Shown here: one piece after another, positions 12,866-25,181 of the stretch
Numbering within the stretch: position 1 is the first letter of the stretch
How the letters are laid out: every line of letters begins with the position of its first letter
Position numbers and translations under genes: made by a program
Assembly (NCBI GenBank): GCA_951406725.2
Contig: OX597822.1
Span: forward strand, 76,446,001-76,510,000
Reading direction: 5' to 3'
Source: Octopus vulgaris
Lineage: Eukaryota
Length of the DNA stretch: 64,000 nucleotides
Notes under the pieces: model-generated
What the model saw: the letters and a program-made list of their open reading frames with translations, nothing else
The model's database searches: none
Told to the model about the DNA's origin: nothing

Positions 12866-12991
12866 ATTTATATATATATATATATATATGTACACATAAT
12901 CACATGCATATACATACTTATAAGTATACATATGCAAGTGTACCTGTGCAAGTTAGATACATAGAAATATATTTATACTTATCCATATGTG

Positions 12992-13033
<42 letters not shown>

Positions 13034-13704
13034 TATAGAGACATGCATATATACATAAAAACACATACACGCATACTTACACACATGTGTATATATATAC
13101 TCATACATGCACATATATGCATAAACATATATACACAAGTAAGTCAGATACATGGACACATTTCTACATGTGTGTATATATACATACATGCTTACACACA
13201 CACACACACATGCATATATACATATAAATACACATACACTTACATAGGCATGTATGCAAATATATAAAAATATACACACATATACAAACAAATGTATCCT
13301 GTGATACTATTGCCATTCAGAAAATGATTCCCAATTGCATTCATTAAGCTTTCAGTCATACGCATATTACATGTTGATCAATTTTTCCCACACCACATAC
13401 AATGGTGTGGGAAACACAATTAGTTGTATGTAACTACATTCATGTTTGTAACTACTCCATTCATAAAATCTTTTACATTTCCATTCAGCTCGTTTAACAA
13501 GTGTAAACCTAACATCAGCAATGTTTCAGCATTAATTTCTCTTTTGTGTTTCTGTCGGTTGCTTTTGATTGTCACTCTCCTACTATATTAACCCATTTAT
13601 TTTCATCTGTCATCTTTCAATCCGTATTAACCCAATGTACTGATGAGTTCATAAGAAACATTGTGACCATATTGTAAATATTAATTGCATCTAAGAATAG
13701 CTTT

Positions 13705-13860
13705 ATCATCATCATCATCATTTGATGTTCGTGTTCCATGTTAGCATGAGTGGGACAGTACCACAAGAGTCAGCCAGGCCGAAGCCTGCACTAGACTTCT
13801 GTGACTGTTTTGGCAGGATTTTTACAGCTGGATGCTCTTCCTAACACCAACTATTCAGCA
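13705..13860 (-). mobile_element. RTE 3' end (diverged)
   Basis: (CAT)n tail and CAGCTGGATGCTCTTCCTAACACCAAC. Confidence 0.6.
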
Positions 13861-13966
13861 GAATAGGTTATATATTCATTATTATCTTCTATGACAGTGT
13901 GTACTATTTTAACCTACAGATCTGAATCACAATGTATTGTGTGTGTGTGTGCATGTGTTTGAACAG

Positions 13967-14100
13967 TGGAGACACATGGCCAGGTGGTTAGAGCAGCAGA
14001 CCTCACGGTCGAGGGATCACAGGTTCAAATCTCAGACCAGGCAATGTGTGTGTTTACAAGCAAAACATGCCAATGAAACCAGAAAACCGGCCCTTAAGAG
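13967..14100 (+). mobile_element. OR1-like tRNA SINE head
   Basis: TGGCCAGGTGGTTAGAGCAGCAGAC...GGTTCAAATC. Confidence 0.55.
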
Positions 14101-14104
14101 CCAA

Positions 14105-14715
14105 ACATGGCTGAGTGGCAAGAAGCTTGTTTCCCAGTCACATGGTTCTGGGGTTCAGTCCCACTGTGTGGAACCTTGCACAACTGTCTTCTACTGTAGC
14201 CCTGAGTTGACCAGAGCCTTGTGAGTGTAGCTGGTTGGCGGAAACTGAAAGAAACGCATTGTGTATGCATATAAAGTATATCTTTATGAGGAATTCCAAC
14301 CACATTTTATAGTTCAATATCTCAGCAGCTCCTTTATAGAATCCAGTTGGAAATGACATTATCAGGAGGTATCATGTCCAGTTTGGCCCTACTTCTCTGC
14401 CATTTTCGACATGGTGGACCTGCACCCCTTTTGGAGGTGTCTTGAGCTCTGGTGTTGAGTTTGTTTTTTTTTCTTTCTCCTTTTTTTCTTATGTTCTTTG
14501 TGTTTGTCCCCAACTACTGCTTGAAAACCAGTGTTGGTTTGTTTATGTCACTGAAATTTAGTGTCTTGGCAGAAGAGCCCAATAGAGCCTGAAGTACCAG
14601 AGCTTTAGAGAGGAAAGCAAAAATAAGTCCTGGGGTCGGTTTGTTTGACTAAAACCCTTTATGGCAGCTCTCTGGCATGGCTGCACTCCAATGACTGTAA
14701 CAAGTAAAAGATAAA
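14105..14715 (+). mobile_element. SINE family A interrupted by ~230 bp of other sequence
   Basis: Head 14105-14265, tail 14500-14715. Confidence 0.6.
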
Positions 14716-15946
14716 CTCTGTGTGTGTGTGTGTGAGTGAGATTGTAGTCATAGTGGGGTTGAGGGTTAATCAACTTCATTGCAATTACTTTTTGAACGGT
14801 ACTTTATTTTATTAACCCCAAAAGCATGAAAGACAGACTTGACAGGCACGATTTGAACTCAGAAGATAAAAAGCCATATCTAAATACCATGAGACAGTCT
14901 GCCGTGGTGGTGATGGTACAGAGGTTGTGATGTGGATGGTGGTGGTGGTGGTGGTTGTGATGTGGATGATAGTGGTGATGATGTGGATGATAGTGGTGAT
15001 GATGATGGTGGTGGTGGTGGTTATGGTGGAACAGCGGTTGTGATGTTGGTTATGTGGATGATGGTGGTTGTGGTGGTGATGGTGGTGATGGTGATGGTGC
15101 TGATGTAGTTGATGCTGCCGATTTTAGGGTGGTGGTGGTGGTGGTGGTGTTGATGACGATGCTGATGTTATTAGGCAGAAGAGATGGTGAGTGTAGAAGG
15201 TGGGTGAGGTGGGTTATGTTATGAGCTGATAGAAATTAGAAATACCATTTGTTTTATTCCAAATATCAGAAATTATGGAACAATTGATGTCAGCTCATTA
15301 GTGCCACCCTCACACAGACACTAATTTCTTCCTAATTTGAATAATGGTTTAGCATTGACGATTCTGATGTGTACAAGTTTAATTGTGTGGTTGTGTGTGT
15401 GTGTGTGTTTGTGTGTGTGTAGTTGTTGGTGTTTGTGTGTATATCCTTGAGTGTAATTGCTTGTATGTATAACTTTGTGAAAAGTGTGTATGTATGACTT
15501 AATGTTTGTAGCTGTATGTGTTTAACTTTGTTTATATGTATGTGTATGCGTGTGTTTGTGCATTTGGTAGGGTGATTGCATATTGTGTATACAGAGTGAT
15601 CGTATCAGAGGGTGTTTAGTTCACTGGTGTAGAATACTCAGCAGAAAATTGAGTACAGAGTCCAGTACAGAGCTCGTCTCCTTGTAGCGGCTATTGACCA
15701 ATCATTAATGGCAGTGCCCCAGCATGGCCACAGCTCTTGAGCTGCACCTAGTGAAAGAATAAAAGAATAGAAGTGAGAGTATACAAGTGTATTTATTTAT
15801 GTCTGTCTCTAAGCGTACAGATTTTTTTTCACAAGGTGGAGGAAATGATGTGCTGTCCAAAATGCTTTGGACACCATGGTTAGATGTATGTGTGTAAATA
15901 TATATGTACATGGTTAGATGTATGTATGTGTGAATATATATACATA

Positions 15947-16106
15947 GGCACAGGAGTGGCTGTGTGTTAAGAAGCTGGCTTCCCAACTACATAATCTCGG
16001 GTTCACTCCTACTGCGTGGCACCTTGGGCAAGTGTCTTCTACTATAGCCTTGGGCCAACCAAAGCTGTAGTGGGTGGATTTGGTAGATGGAAACTGAAAG
16101 AAGCTC

Positions 16107-16159
<53 letters not shown>

Positions 16160-16377
16160 TTGCATTTGTTGTTTGTGTGTTTGTGTTTGTCCCCTCCCCA
16201 TTACTTGACAACTGATGTTGGTATATTTACGTCCCTGTCACTTAACGATTCGGCAAAAAGAGACTGATAGAATAAGGCTTACAAAACAAATGTCCTGAGT
16301 TTGATTTATTTGACTAAAGGTGGTACTCCAGCATGGCCGCAGTCAAATGACTGAAACGAGTAAAAGAGTAAAAGAAT
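15947..16377 (+). mobile_element. SINE family A, full length
   Basis: GGCACAGGAGTGGCTGTGTG head with A/B-box-like motifs, internal (TA)n, tail CCAGCATGGCCGCAGTCAAATGACTGAAAC. Confidence 0.85.
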
Positions 16378-16492
16378 AATACACTGGGTTAATATAATAT
16401 TTGGGGTTTTGTTTTAAAGCATTTAAATGATAGCTGAGAGATCAATAACCTTTGGAGAGTTATTATTTCTAGTTTCATTCCCAAAATACATG

Positions 16493-16885
16493 GGTGTAGG
16501 CATGGCTGTGTAGTAAGAAGTTTGTGTCCCTGCCACATGGTTCTGGGTTCAAATCCACTGCCTGGCACCTTGGGTAAGTGTCTTCTACTATAGCCTCAGG
16601 CTGATGAAAGCCTTGAGAGTAGATTTGGTCAGTGGAAATTGAAGGAAGCTCATCATCTGTGAGTGTGTTTGTGTGTTTGTGTATGTGTCAGTGTTTCTCT
16701 CCCGCCACCATTTGGCAACCAGTGTTGGTGTGTTTATGCCCCCATAACTTAATGATGAAGCAAAGAGACTGATAGAACAAGTACCAGGCTTTGAAATGCA
16801 TACTGCAGTCCATTTGGTCAACTAAAATTCTTCAAGTTGGTGCCCCAGCATGGCCTCAGTCTAATGAACGAAACAAACAAAAGAG
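16493..16885 (+). mobile_element. SINE family A, full length
   Basis: Same head and tail as 15947-16377. Confidence 0.8.
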
Positions 16886-16959
16886 TAGATATATACCTAT
16901 GTATAAGGAATATCAGTCATACCATTTATTTATTTATTTAGTGTGTGTGTATGTGTTTA

Positions 16960-17495
16960 TCTCTTATATAAAATCTGTTCTGTCTCTGTCTTCTCGGATC
17001 TTGGGCATACTCCATCCGATTGCGCTCAAATTTGATATGTAGATACCGACGGTATCAGGGCGTGTATAAGTCTTGAAAAAATTACAAAAATCGATTCCAA
17101 GTGATAATGCAATTGATAAAGCCATTTTTGTCCTGCTTTTCTTCCGTCAACTTGTACATAACTGCACCTTCCATTTTTTGATGTTTTTGTACTGCTTAAT
17201 GGCACGTTTCTTTCCTGCCAAGCTTACTGTTTAAACCATGTTTGTGTTCTCCCAGTCAACAGCCTTATCACTACTGGTACTTCAAACTCTTCGGTTGCAT
17301 ATTTGTGTGAATAAATTCGTTTTTCTTTGGAATAGAAAAAAGTCTATCTTTATTTCTTCTTTTACTGTTGTGGCATCTCAAATTTAGGTTAAATCAGTGT
17401 TTCTCAAAGGGGAAGCCTATGGGATGGTCGGACAAGTTGTTTTGAGAAAATTTGGTTTAAATGTTTGACAACTCAGCACCGGCCATTGGACGGGT
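16960..17495 (+). mobile_element. Non-autonomous Helitron-like element (3' end degenerate)
   Basis: A|TCTCTTATATAAAA 5' end; subterminal hairpin-like ACCGGCCATTGGACGGGT; CTAG end not seen. Confidence 0.45.
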
Positions 17496-17624
17496 GGGGG
17501 AGGCGTTTTCCTCATTTATTTATATAGTGTTTATGGATGTGTTTATTTATTTATATAGTGTGTATGTATGTGTTTATTTATCACAGTTTGTGAAATATGA
17601 TAAACTATATATAAATCTTTTCTA

Positions 17625-17659
17625 TAATGTTTCTCTTTCTTTTCTATTTACAGGTGAGT
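17625..17659 (+). promoter_or_regulatory. Candidate recursive splice site (AG|GT ratchet point)
   Basis: GTTTCTCTTTCTTTTCTATTTACAG|GTGAGT: polypyrimidine acceptor fused to a consensus donor. Confidence 0.45.
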
Positions 17660-18214
17660 AAAAACTGTTTTTGAATCAGTGAATGTTGAAAAAGAATTGG
17701 TGTTCTTACTTGAACAGGTTTGCCGCTCAATTTTCTAAATTTACAACAATTTTCTGTGAAGTTTTATTTTGGGTTTCGATTTTCATGGGTATTTCTGGGC
17801 TGTCTTTATATGAATATGATCCGTTTTGGGGTTCTGTTCATTAAGCAAATTGCTCATTGCATGAGGAATTAAAATACATATGAATACGAGTATTCCATTC
17901 CAAGCTAATCCAAATTCCTCTTAAAAGCCTGAAATGATGTTTTATTTGCCCATCATCAACAGCAAATGCATAAATATCAACCCAGACTGAATTGCTCTTA
18001 AGTGTATGTGTATCTGTGGTGTGCTCAGCCACTTGCATGTTAATTTGATGAGCAGCCTGTTCCATTGATCGGATCAACTGCAGCCTTCATGAGTGCCAGT
18101 TCCATTCATAAACACTCTCTCGGTACTTAGATTCTTGTGTAGTCTACAAGTGGTTTGTTGTCCAAATTCCAGTTCTTGAAATAAATGGTAAAATAACTTT
18201 CTTAAGTCATACCG

Positions 18215-18445
18215 CTTCATGGGGGCTGGTTTCCAGGTTTCGTGGCATGTATACTCTCCACCTGGATGGGACATCACACCATCACAAGATTACTCACTTC
18301 TGCTAGCCAAGCAGACTGGAGCAATGTGAAATGTTATTTTTTTTTTTTTGCTCAAAAACACAACACATCGCCCAGTCCAGGAATTGAAACCACAGTCTTA
18401 TGATCATAAATCCAACACCCCTAACCATTAAGCTACGTGGCGCCA
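18215..18445 (-). mobile_element. CORE-like tRNA SINE
   Basis: Reverse complement of TAGCTTAATGGTTAGG head and CORE-like centre. Confidence 0.65.
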
Positions 18446-19315
18446 CCTGTAAGTAAATGAACTCGTAGTTACCTATATATGTTTGTAGTCTCTTCATGGT
18501 TCATGGATCAAATTTCAGCTAGTTATGAGAGTGAGAAAGGCAAGCCAATGGATTTGGTTAAAAAGAGATGATTAGCAATAGCTAGAAGAATATTGAGCAA
18601 CATCTCATGACCATTTGATCTAGCAAGCGGGGCCTCATTTCAGTGAGGGTGTGGCTGATACGCAATGATGCCATTGAGAAGTAGGCCCTGAAACAGCACG
18701 CATTCTCTCCTGATGACACCATACACTTGCTGGATTCTGGTATGTGGAGCCTTCGACTGGTAGCACTTGCATGTGCAAGTTATTTGCAAAACATATTCAG
18801 AAAAACCATTTGTTATTCAATTTGTTTGTTTAGAGAGCTGTTTGTATGGGGATGCTCCATTCGATATGGTGTTTGGACAGTCTTTGGTAACATACTGCAT
18901 ACAGTGACAGACTGGCCAGGTTACCAGCTTGCCCAATAGCAAGTGGACCCCTGCGCTATTTGAACCCATATATGGTGGGGGGGGGGTCCATATTAGTATC
19001 TAAAGAGCTCACCCCCTCAAGTTTGAGAATTTTTTAGTGACTCCTGGAAGAATGCATTAATTATTTCAGCCTGGCTCTGTTTGTAGTCAGTTGAAAAGAA
19101 TAGTTTTAACCAAAAAAAAAAAATAGTTAAATGATAACATTGTAGTTGTGGGTGGGCCCCTTTGTAGTTGCAGGTGGGCCCCCTTAGTCTCCTAGCAACC
19201 AATATTTTTAGACCCAGTCTACTATTGACTGCTTACATCTCATTGTGCAATGGAATATGGCCTTGGACTAAGCCAAACTATCTGATTAGATGAGATGTAT
19301 GTATGATTGTAAGCA

Positions 19316-19358
<43 letters not shown>

Positions 19359-19398
19359 GGTTGCCTTTGTGTGTGTACTGTGTATGTATGTGTGATAG

Positions 19399-19622
19399 TA
19401 TTCTTTTATTTGTTTAAGTCATTTTGACTGTGGCTATACTGGAGCACCACCTTTAGTTGAGCAAATCGACTCCAGGACTTATTCTTTGTAAGCCCAGTAC
19501 TTATTCCATTGGTCTCTTTTGCTGAACAGCTAAGTTATGGGGATGTAAACGCACCAGCATCAATTGTCAGGAGATGGTGGTGGGGGCGACAAACATAGAC
19601 ACAAACGCACATATACACATAC

Positions 19623-19653
<31 letters not shown>

Positions 19654-19818
19654 CACAACAGGCTTCTTTCAGTTTCTGTCTACCAAATCCACTCACAAGG
19701 CTTTGGTTGAACCGTGCCTATAGTAGAAGATACTTACCCAAGGTGCCAAGCAGTGGGACTGAATCCAGACCCATGTGGTTGGTAAGCAAGCTACTTACCA
19801 CACAGCCACTCCTGCACC
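19399..19818 (-). mobile_element. SINE family A, full length
   Basis: Reverse complement head and tail. Confidence 0.85.
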
Positions 19819-20165
19819 TATATACATATACATATGTTAGTTGCTCAGAGTGTCAAAGGCTTTGGTTGTCAAGTAATAATGACATGTACTGCTGGCCCAT
19901 AACGGTTGAATGGTTATGATATTGAACTACCTGCTGCTGATAGGTTCTAAGCTGAAATCTACTGCAGAGACTTCAGCTTGTCTCTGGACAGAACTCCTGA
20001 TTTAGCTAGCAAGATATCTGGATTAAGTAATAGATATCTTGGGAATATTACTAGAAATAGTACATCCTGTCCAAATAAAATTCATCTCTCATCTATCAGT
20101 ATAATATCTGTATAATGCTTATGAAACAAACACAACAAATTATATTCTAGTCCGGTGTATATATA

Positions 20166-20347
20166 GGCGTAGGAGTGGCTATGTGGTAAGTAGCTTGCTT
20201 ACGAACTACATGGTTCTGGGTTCAGTCCCACTGCGTTGCACCTTGGGCAAGTGACTTCTACTATAGCCTCGGGCCAACCAAAGCCTCGTGAGTGGATTTG
20301 GTAGATGGAAACTGAAAAAAGCCCGTCATGTATACATACATATATAC

Positions 20348-20397
<50 letters not shown>

Positions 20398-20613
20398 GTG
20401 TGTGTGTATATGTTTGTGTATCTGTGTTTGTCCACCAACATCGCTTGACAACCGATGCTAGTGTGTTTACGTCCCTGTAACTTAGTGGTTTGGCAAAAGA
20501 AACCAATAGAATAAGTACTAGGCTTAAAAAGAATAAGTCCTGGGATCGATTTGCTTGACTGAAAGGCAGTGCTCCAGCATGGCCACAGTCAAATGACTGA
20601 AGCGAGTAAAAGA
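20166..20613 (+). mobile_element. SINE family A, full length
   Basis: GGCGTAGGAGTGGCT head, internal (TG)n, conserved tail. Confidence 0.85.
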
Positions 20614-20769
20614 CTATATGTATGTATATTCGTATGCGTGCACACACACACACACACACAAAGACATCATAAATAAAAGCTTTTATTCTCACAATGATAT
20701 GGACGTATATAGAACTGTTTCTTTAACACACACACATACCCACAAATGTATGATACATACTAATACATA

Positions 20770-20960
20770 TTCTTTTACGTGTTTCAGCCATTTGACAGTG
20801 GCTATGCTGGAGCACCGCCTTTAGTCGAGCAAATTGACCCCAGGACTTTTTCATTGTAAGCCTAGGACTTAGTTTATTGGTCTCTTTTTTGCCGAACCGC
20901 TAAGTTACAAGGATGCAAATACACCAGCATCAGTTGACAAGGGATGTTGGTGGGGGGAGG
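20770..20960 (-). mobile_element. SINE family A tail
   Basis: Reverse complement of tail. Confidence 0.7.
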
Positions 20961-20964
20961 GTAT

Positions 20965-21157
20965 AATAATAATCCTTCCTACTGAATGCGCAAGGCCTTA
21001 AATTTGGGGGAACAGATTAAGTCGATTACATCGACCCCAGTATGCAACTAGTACTTATATAATCAACCCTGATAGGATGAAAGCAAAGTCGACCTCAGCA
21101 GAATTTGAACTCAGAACATAGTGACTGGCAAAATACCACTGAGCATTCTGCCAGCTC

Positions 21158-21158
<1 letters not shown>
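20965..21158 (-). mobile_element. SINE family C
   Basis: Reverse complement of the 8238-8458 type. Confidence 0.7.
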
Positions 21159-21202
<44 letters not shown>

Positions 21203-21665
21203 GTAATAATAATCACCATTTAACGTCTGCTTTTCATGCTGGCATGGGTTAGACGGCTTGACTGGAACTTGTAAGCCAGAAAGCTGCACTAAATTCCAGT
21301 CTAATATGACATAGTGTCTGTTGGACTATATATATATATATATATATATCTGTATAATTGTTATTATTTTTTATTATATATATGTATGTATGTATATATC
21401 AGTGCAAATGGAGTCACATCCATATGTTTAATTAATACACCGATACTAAGTGTTGCATTGAATGCAGAGACCATGCACAGGGCTTTTGGCAAGCATTTCT
21501 GAAAGTCCTGTGGCTTTCACTACAGGGTATACTTCCACCGAAAGCCTAAATATATACTTGTATTAAGCATATGGATACAACACTGTAAAGTTTGCTAAAT
21601 AAATATGGAAACATTTTGACGTATAGTTCAATCTCATTATCAACATGTATTCATGCAGACCTACA

Positions 21666-21900
21666 TTCTTTTATTCTTTTAATTGCTTCTGTCATTTGAC
21701 TGCGGCCATGCTGGAGCACTGCCTTTAGTCAAACAAATCGACCCCAGGACTTATTCTTTGTAAGCCTAGTACTTATTCTATCGGTTTCTTTTGTCGAACT
21801 AAGTTACGTGGACGTAAACACATCAGTGTCAGTTGTCAAGCGATGTTGGGGTGGGGCAGGAACAAACACACACACACACAAACATATACACATGCACACA
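21666..21900 (-). mobile_element. SINE family A tail
   Basis: Reverse complement of tail. Confidence 0.75.
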
Positions 21901-21901
21901 C

Positions 21902-21952
<51 letters not shown>

Positions 21953-21956
<4 letters not shown>

Positions 21957-22640
21957 AAAGGGTGGAATATAATTAATTTAATAAAATTAATCAATTTCAC
22001 CTAGTAGATTTATCGGTATGGAAAAGACCATATTTGGTAAGGGTTATAATAATTATAAATAAGGGTTAGATGCAACAAGTTGCTCAAAACCACATACCGA
22101 AAATATTAGAAATAGCAGCCAAAATTGGTCACCATTTCCTCAACTAGTAAAAAGTCTCCACAAACAAACAGAATTTGTAAGCTGTATATGGCAAAAAAGG
22201 CAGAAAATAACGAAATCCCAGCCTATGGATTAATTATAGACGACTCGTTTCTGGATTAGAACCGAAGGTTCATTTCCTTGTCAATATAATATTTCCTATA
22301 GATCTAGAAATGCTAGGGGAAAAACTCACCCGTTACACCAATACGATCAGCGACATCGGATGGTCTAACAGAACTGCTAGCATTCCTACACCTATACCAA
22401 CATGCGAATTCATATTTCCCTCAAAATTTACCACGTGAGCTACAAAAACGTTACCAATGAAACGAAAAATTCGTAGATAACTTGTAAGGGAGCAAAAGTA
22501 TTCAATATGCAATAAAGGGTGGAATATAATTAATTTAATAAAATTAATCAATTTCACCTAGTAGATTTATCGGTATGGAAAAGACCATAAGGGAAATATG
22601 AATTCGCATGTTGGTATAGGTGTAGGAATGCTGATCGTAT
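21953..22640 (-). mobile_element. Retrozyme/pLTR-like element: 557-bp unit + 80-bp terminal redundancy + inverted piece, in (TA)n
   Basis: Identical direct repeats 21953-22032 and 22510-22589; 22590-22632 is the reverse complement of 22379-22421; internal hammerhead. Confidence 0.75.
22233..22290 (-). ncRNA. Type I hammerhead ribozyme, U3-A8 core variant
   Basis: Minus strand ATTATA-TTGACAA-GGA..GAACC TTC GGTTC..TCC-A-GAAAC-GAGTC-GTC-TATAAT; 6-bp stem I. Confidence 0.7.
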
Positions 22641-23951
22641 ATATATATATATATATATATTCAAATGAAATATTTTGTTCAAGAACACAACACAATGACT
22701 GATCCAGGAAATGAAACCATGATCTTAAAATCAAGAGGGCAACATCCTAACCATTAGACCACTTTCCCTCACATGCATATGCATACACACACACATATTG
22801 CATAGCTATTTAGGCAACACATTCAAGGGTTACCCTCAGGAAAGATCAGTCGCTACAAACCCAATCATTGACCAACTTTCAGTCATAAAGCAATGACAAA
22901 ACTGAAAGAAAATAAAAGCTGGTGTTTCAGCATGACCACAATTCTATAAATGAAACTACTGAAAGAAAATCAAATAATAGAATGGGGGAAACTCTAATTA
23001 GCAATGGAGTGCAGCCTCAGCTTTTGGATAAATTCTACTCGAATAAACTGTAGCTTCTTTATTGAGTATCATTTGCCTCTCATTTGTAAATTCAAATACA
23101 CACACACACACAAACACAGATGCACGAGTGTGTCTTTGTGTGTTTAATGAGGTAGCAGGTGTTTGGTGAATTGGAAGCAAATTCTAAGTGATTTATTTTT
23201 AGAAATGCAGTTTTGAAATAATTTCATAAGGGAGTGGCCAGCCTCAGCATATTATTAAATGTGTTTGTGCCTGTGTGTGTGTGTGTGAATGAGAGTGTGT
23301 GTGTGTTTGTGAATGAGTGTGGAAATGGAATTGTAATGGATACAAAGAATAATTGGAAATAACGTTGAATTATATTTGACACTGAGGTCAAAAACAGACA
23401 GTTATCTGTAGGATTTAATGCAAAGGCCATGTTGGTGAAAGCATGCATTTATATGCATGTGTGTGTGTGCATGTAACATGGCAGTTCTGCCACTAGAATT
23501 TATGGATGCACGAACCAAAAACATGCTCACCAGGCAGTCTTGTAGTCTGTTGAGTCTTTGACTTACGGTATGGCCATAAAATTAAAGAACCCCTATAATT
23601 CTTTATTCCTTTTAATTTTTTTATTTTTTTTACTTATTCCAGCCACTGGACCACAGCCATGCTGGAGCATCAGCTTGATGAGTTTAGTCTAATGTATTGG
23701 TTCCAGGATTTAAATTTCAAGGCTGATAACCATTCTCTTGCTCTCTTTTTGTGGAAATTGTTAAGTTACAGGGATGTGAACAAATCAACACCAGTTGTCA
23801 AGCAATGGTGGGAACGTACACAAAGACACACACAGACGCTCATACACAGTATTCACATATATGTGTGTGTGTGTGTGCATGTGTGCATGTATATATATAC
23901 ACACATATGTACCTATATATATGTATATATATATATATATGTTCATATACA

Positions 23952-23981
<30 letters not shown>

Positions 23982-23988
<7 letters not shown>

Positions 23989-24286
23989 ATCACGTGACCG
24001 ACCAGACCATCAAATGTTGTTACACATCGCTGGTCACAATGCGTTCACATTGTTTTAGCCTTCGAATGACGCCACCCCGCTGTCTAAGCGAGCAGGCCAA
24101 CAGAAGAAAGAGTGGGAGAAAGTGTGGTGAAAGAGTACAGCAGGTATCACCACCCCCTGCCAGAGCCTCGTGGAGCTTTTTAGGTGTTTTCGCTCAATAA
24201 ACATTCACAACGCCTGATCTGGGAATCGAAACCGCGATCCTACGACCGCGAGTCCGCTGCCCTAACCACTGGGCCATTGCGCCTCC
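23982..24286 (-). mobile_element. OR1-like tRNA(Arg)-derived SINE, CpG-rich
   Basis: GGAGGCGCAATGGCCCAGTGGTTAGGGCAGCGGACTCGCGGTCGTAGGATCGCGGTTTCGATTCC: A and B boxes, TCG anticodon-like; flanked by (TA)n. Confidence 0.8.
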
Positions 24287-24433
24287 ACACACATATATAT
24301 ATATATATATATATACATGTATATATACGTATATATGTGTGTATATATATGTATGTATGTATATACATGTATGTATATACATATATATATATATATATGT
24401 ATATACATGTATATATACATATATATGTATGTG

Positions 24434-24517
<84 letters not shown>

Positions 24518-24562
24518 CATACATATATATGTATATATATTTACTATGTATATATACATACA

Positions 24563-24632
<70 letters not shown>

Positions 24633-24635
<3 letters not shown>

Positions 24636-24897
24636 AATCATTGGAAAAATCCATTTATTACACAGAGTCCTATAAATGTCATCAAATAATGGAAGATGTT
24701 TTGGATGGTAATATGGATTATATATTAAATCCAACCAGACAGCTGTTTCTGTCGTAAAAGACCATATTTCAGGTATACAATTGAAGAATATGCACTTCTT
24801 CAAAAGTAATACACATTATCATATTAAGTCAGTTGGAACTCATCAGTGGATAATAATTAAATTATTTAATATTTAAATTAGCACCTTTAGTTTTCTT
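24633..24897 (-). mobile_element. Hammerhead-bearing pLTR-like insertion in (TA)n
   Basis: ~265-bp non-microsatellite insert between TA tracts containing a hammerhead. Confidence 0.6.
24735..24849 (-). ncRNA. Type I hammerhead ribozyme with intact core and long stem II
   Basis: Minus strand CCA-CTGATGA-[GTT/GAC..TTGAAGAA/TTCTTCAA]-A-GAAAC-AGCT-GTC-TGG. Confidence 0.7.
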
Positions 24898-24974
24898 ATA
24901 TATATATATGTATATATGTATGTATGTATATATATGTATATAAATGTGTGTGTGTGTGTGTGTGTTTTGTTTTT

Positions 24975-25140
<166 letters not shown>

Positions 25141-25181
25141 TGTGTGTGTATATATATGTGTGTGTGCATATGTGTATATAT

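Noticed and set aside
13634-13665. CTGATGA..GAAAC hammerhead-like motif
   Set aside because: CAATGT/ACATTG could form helix III, but there is no stem I, stem II is unpaired, and the type I triplet would be GUG
18704-18805. CTGATGA followed by hairpins and AAAACATATTC
   Set aside because: GAAA core absent and stem I register inconsistent
24215-24286. tRNA-Arg-like gene
   Set aside because: A/B boxes present but no closing acceptor stem; continues into a SINE body
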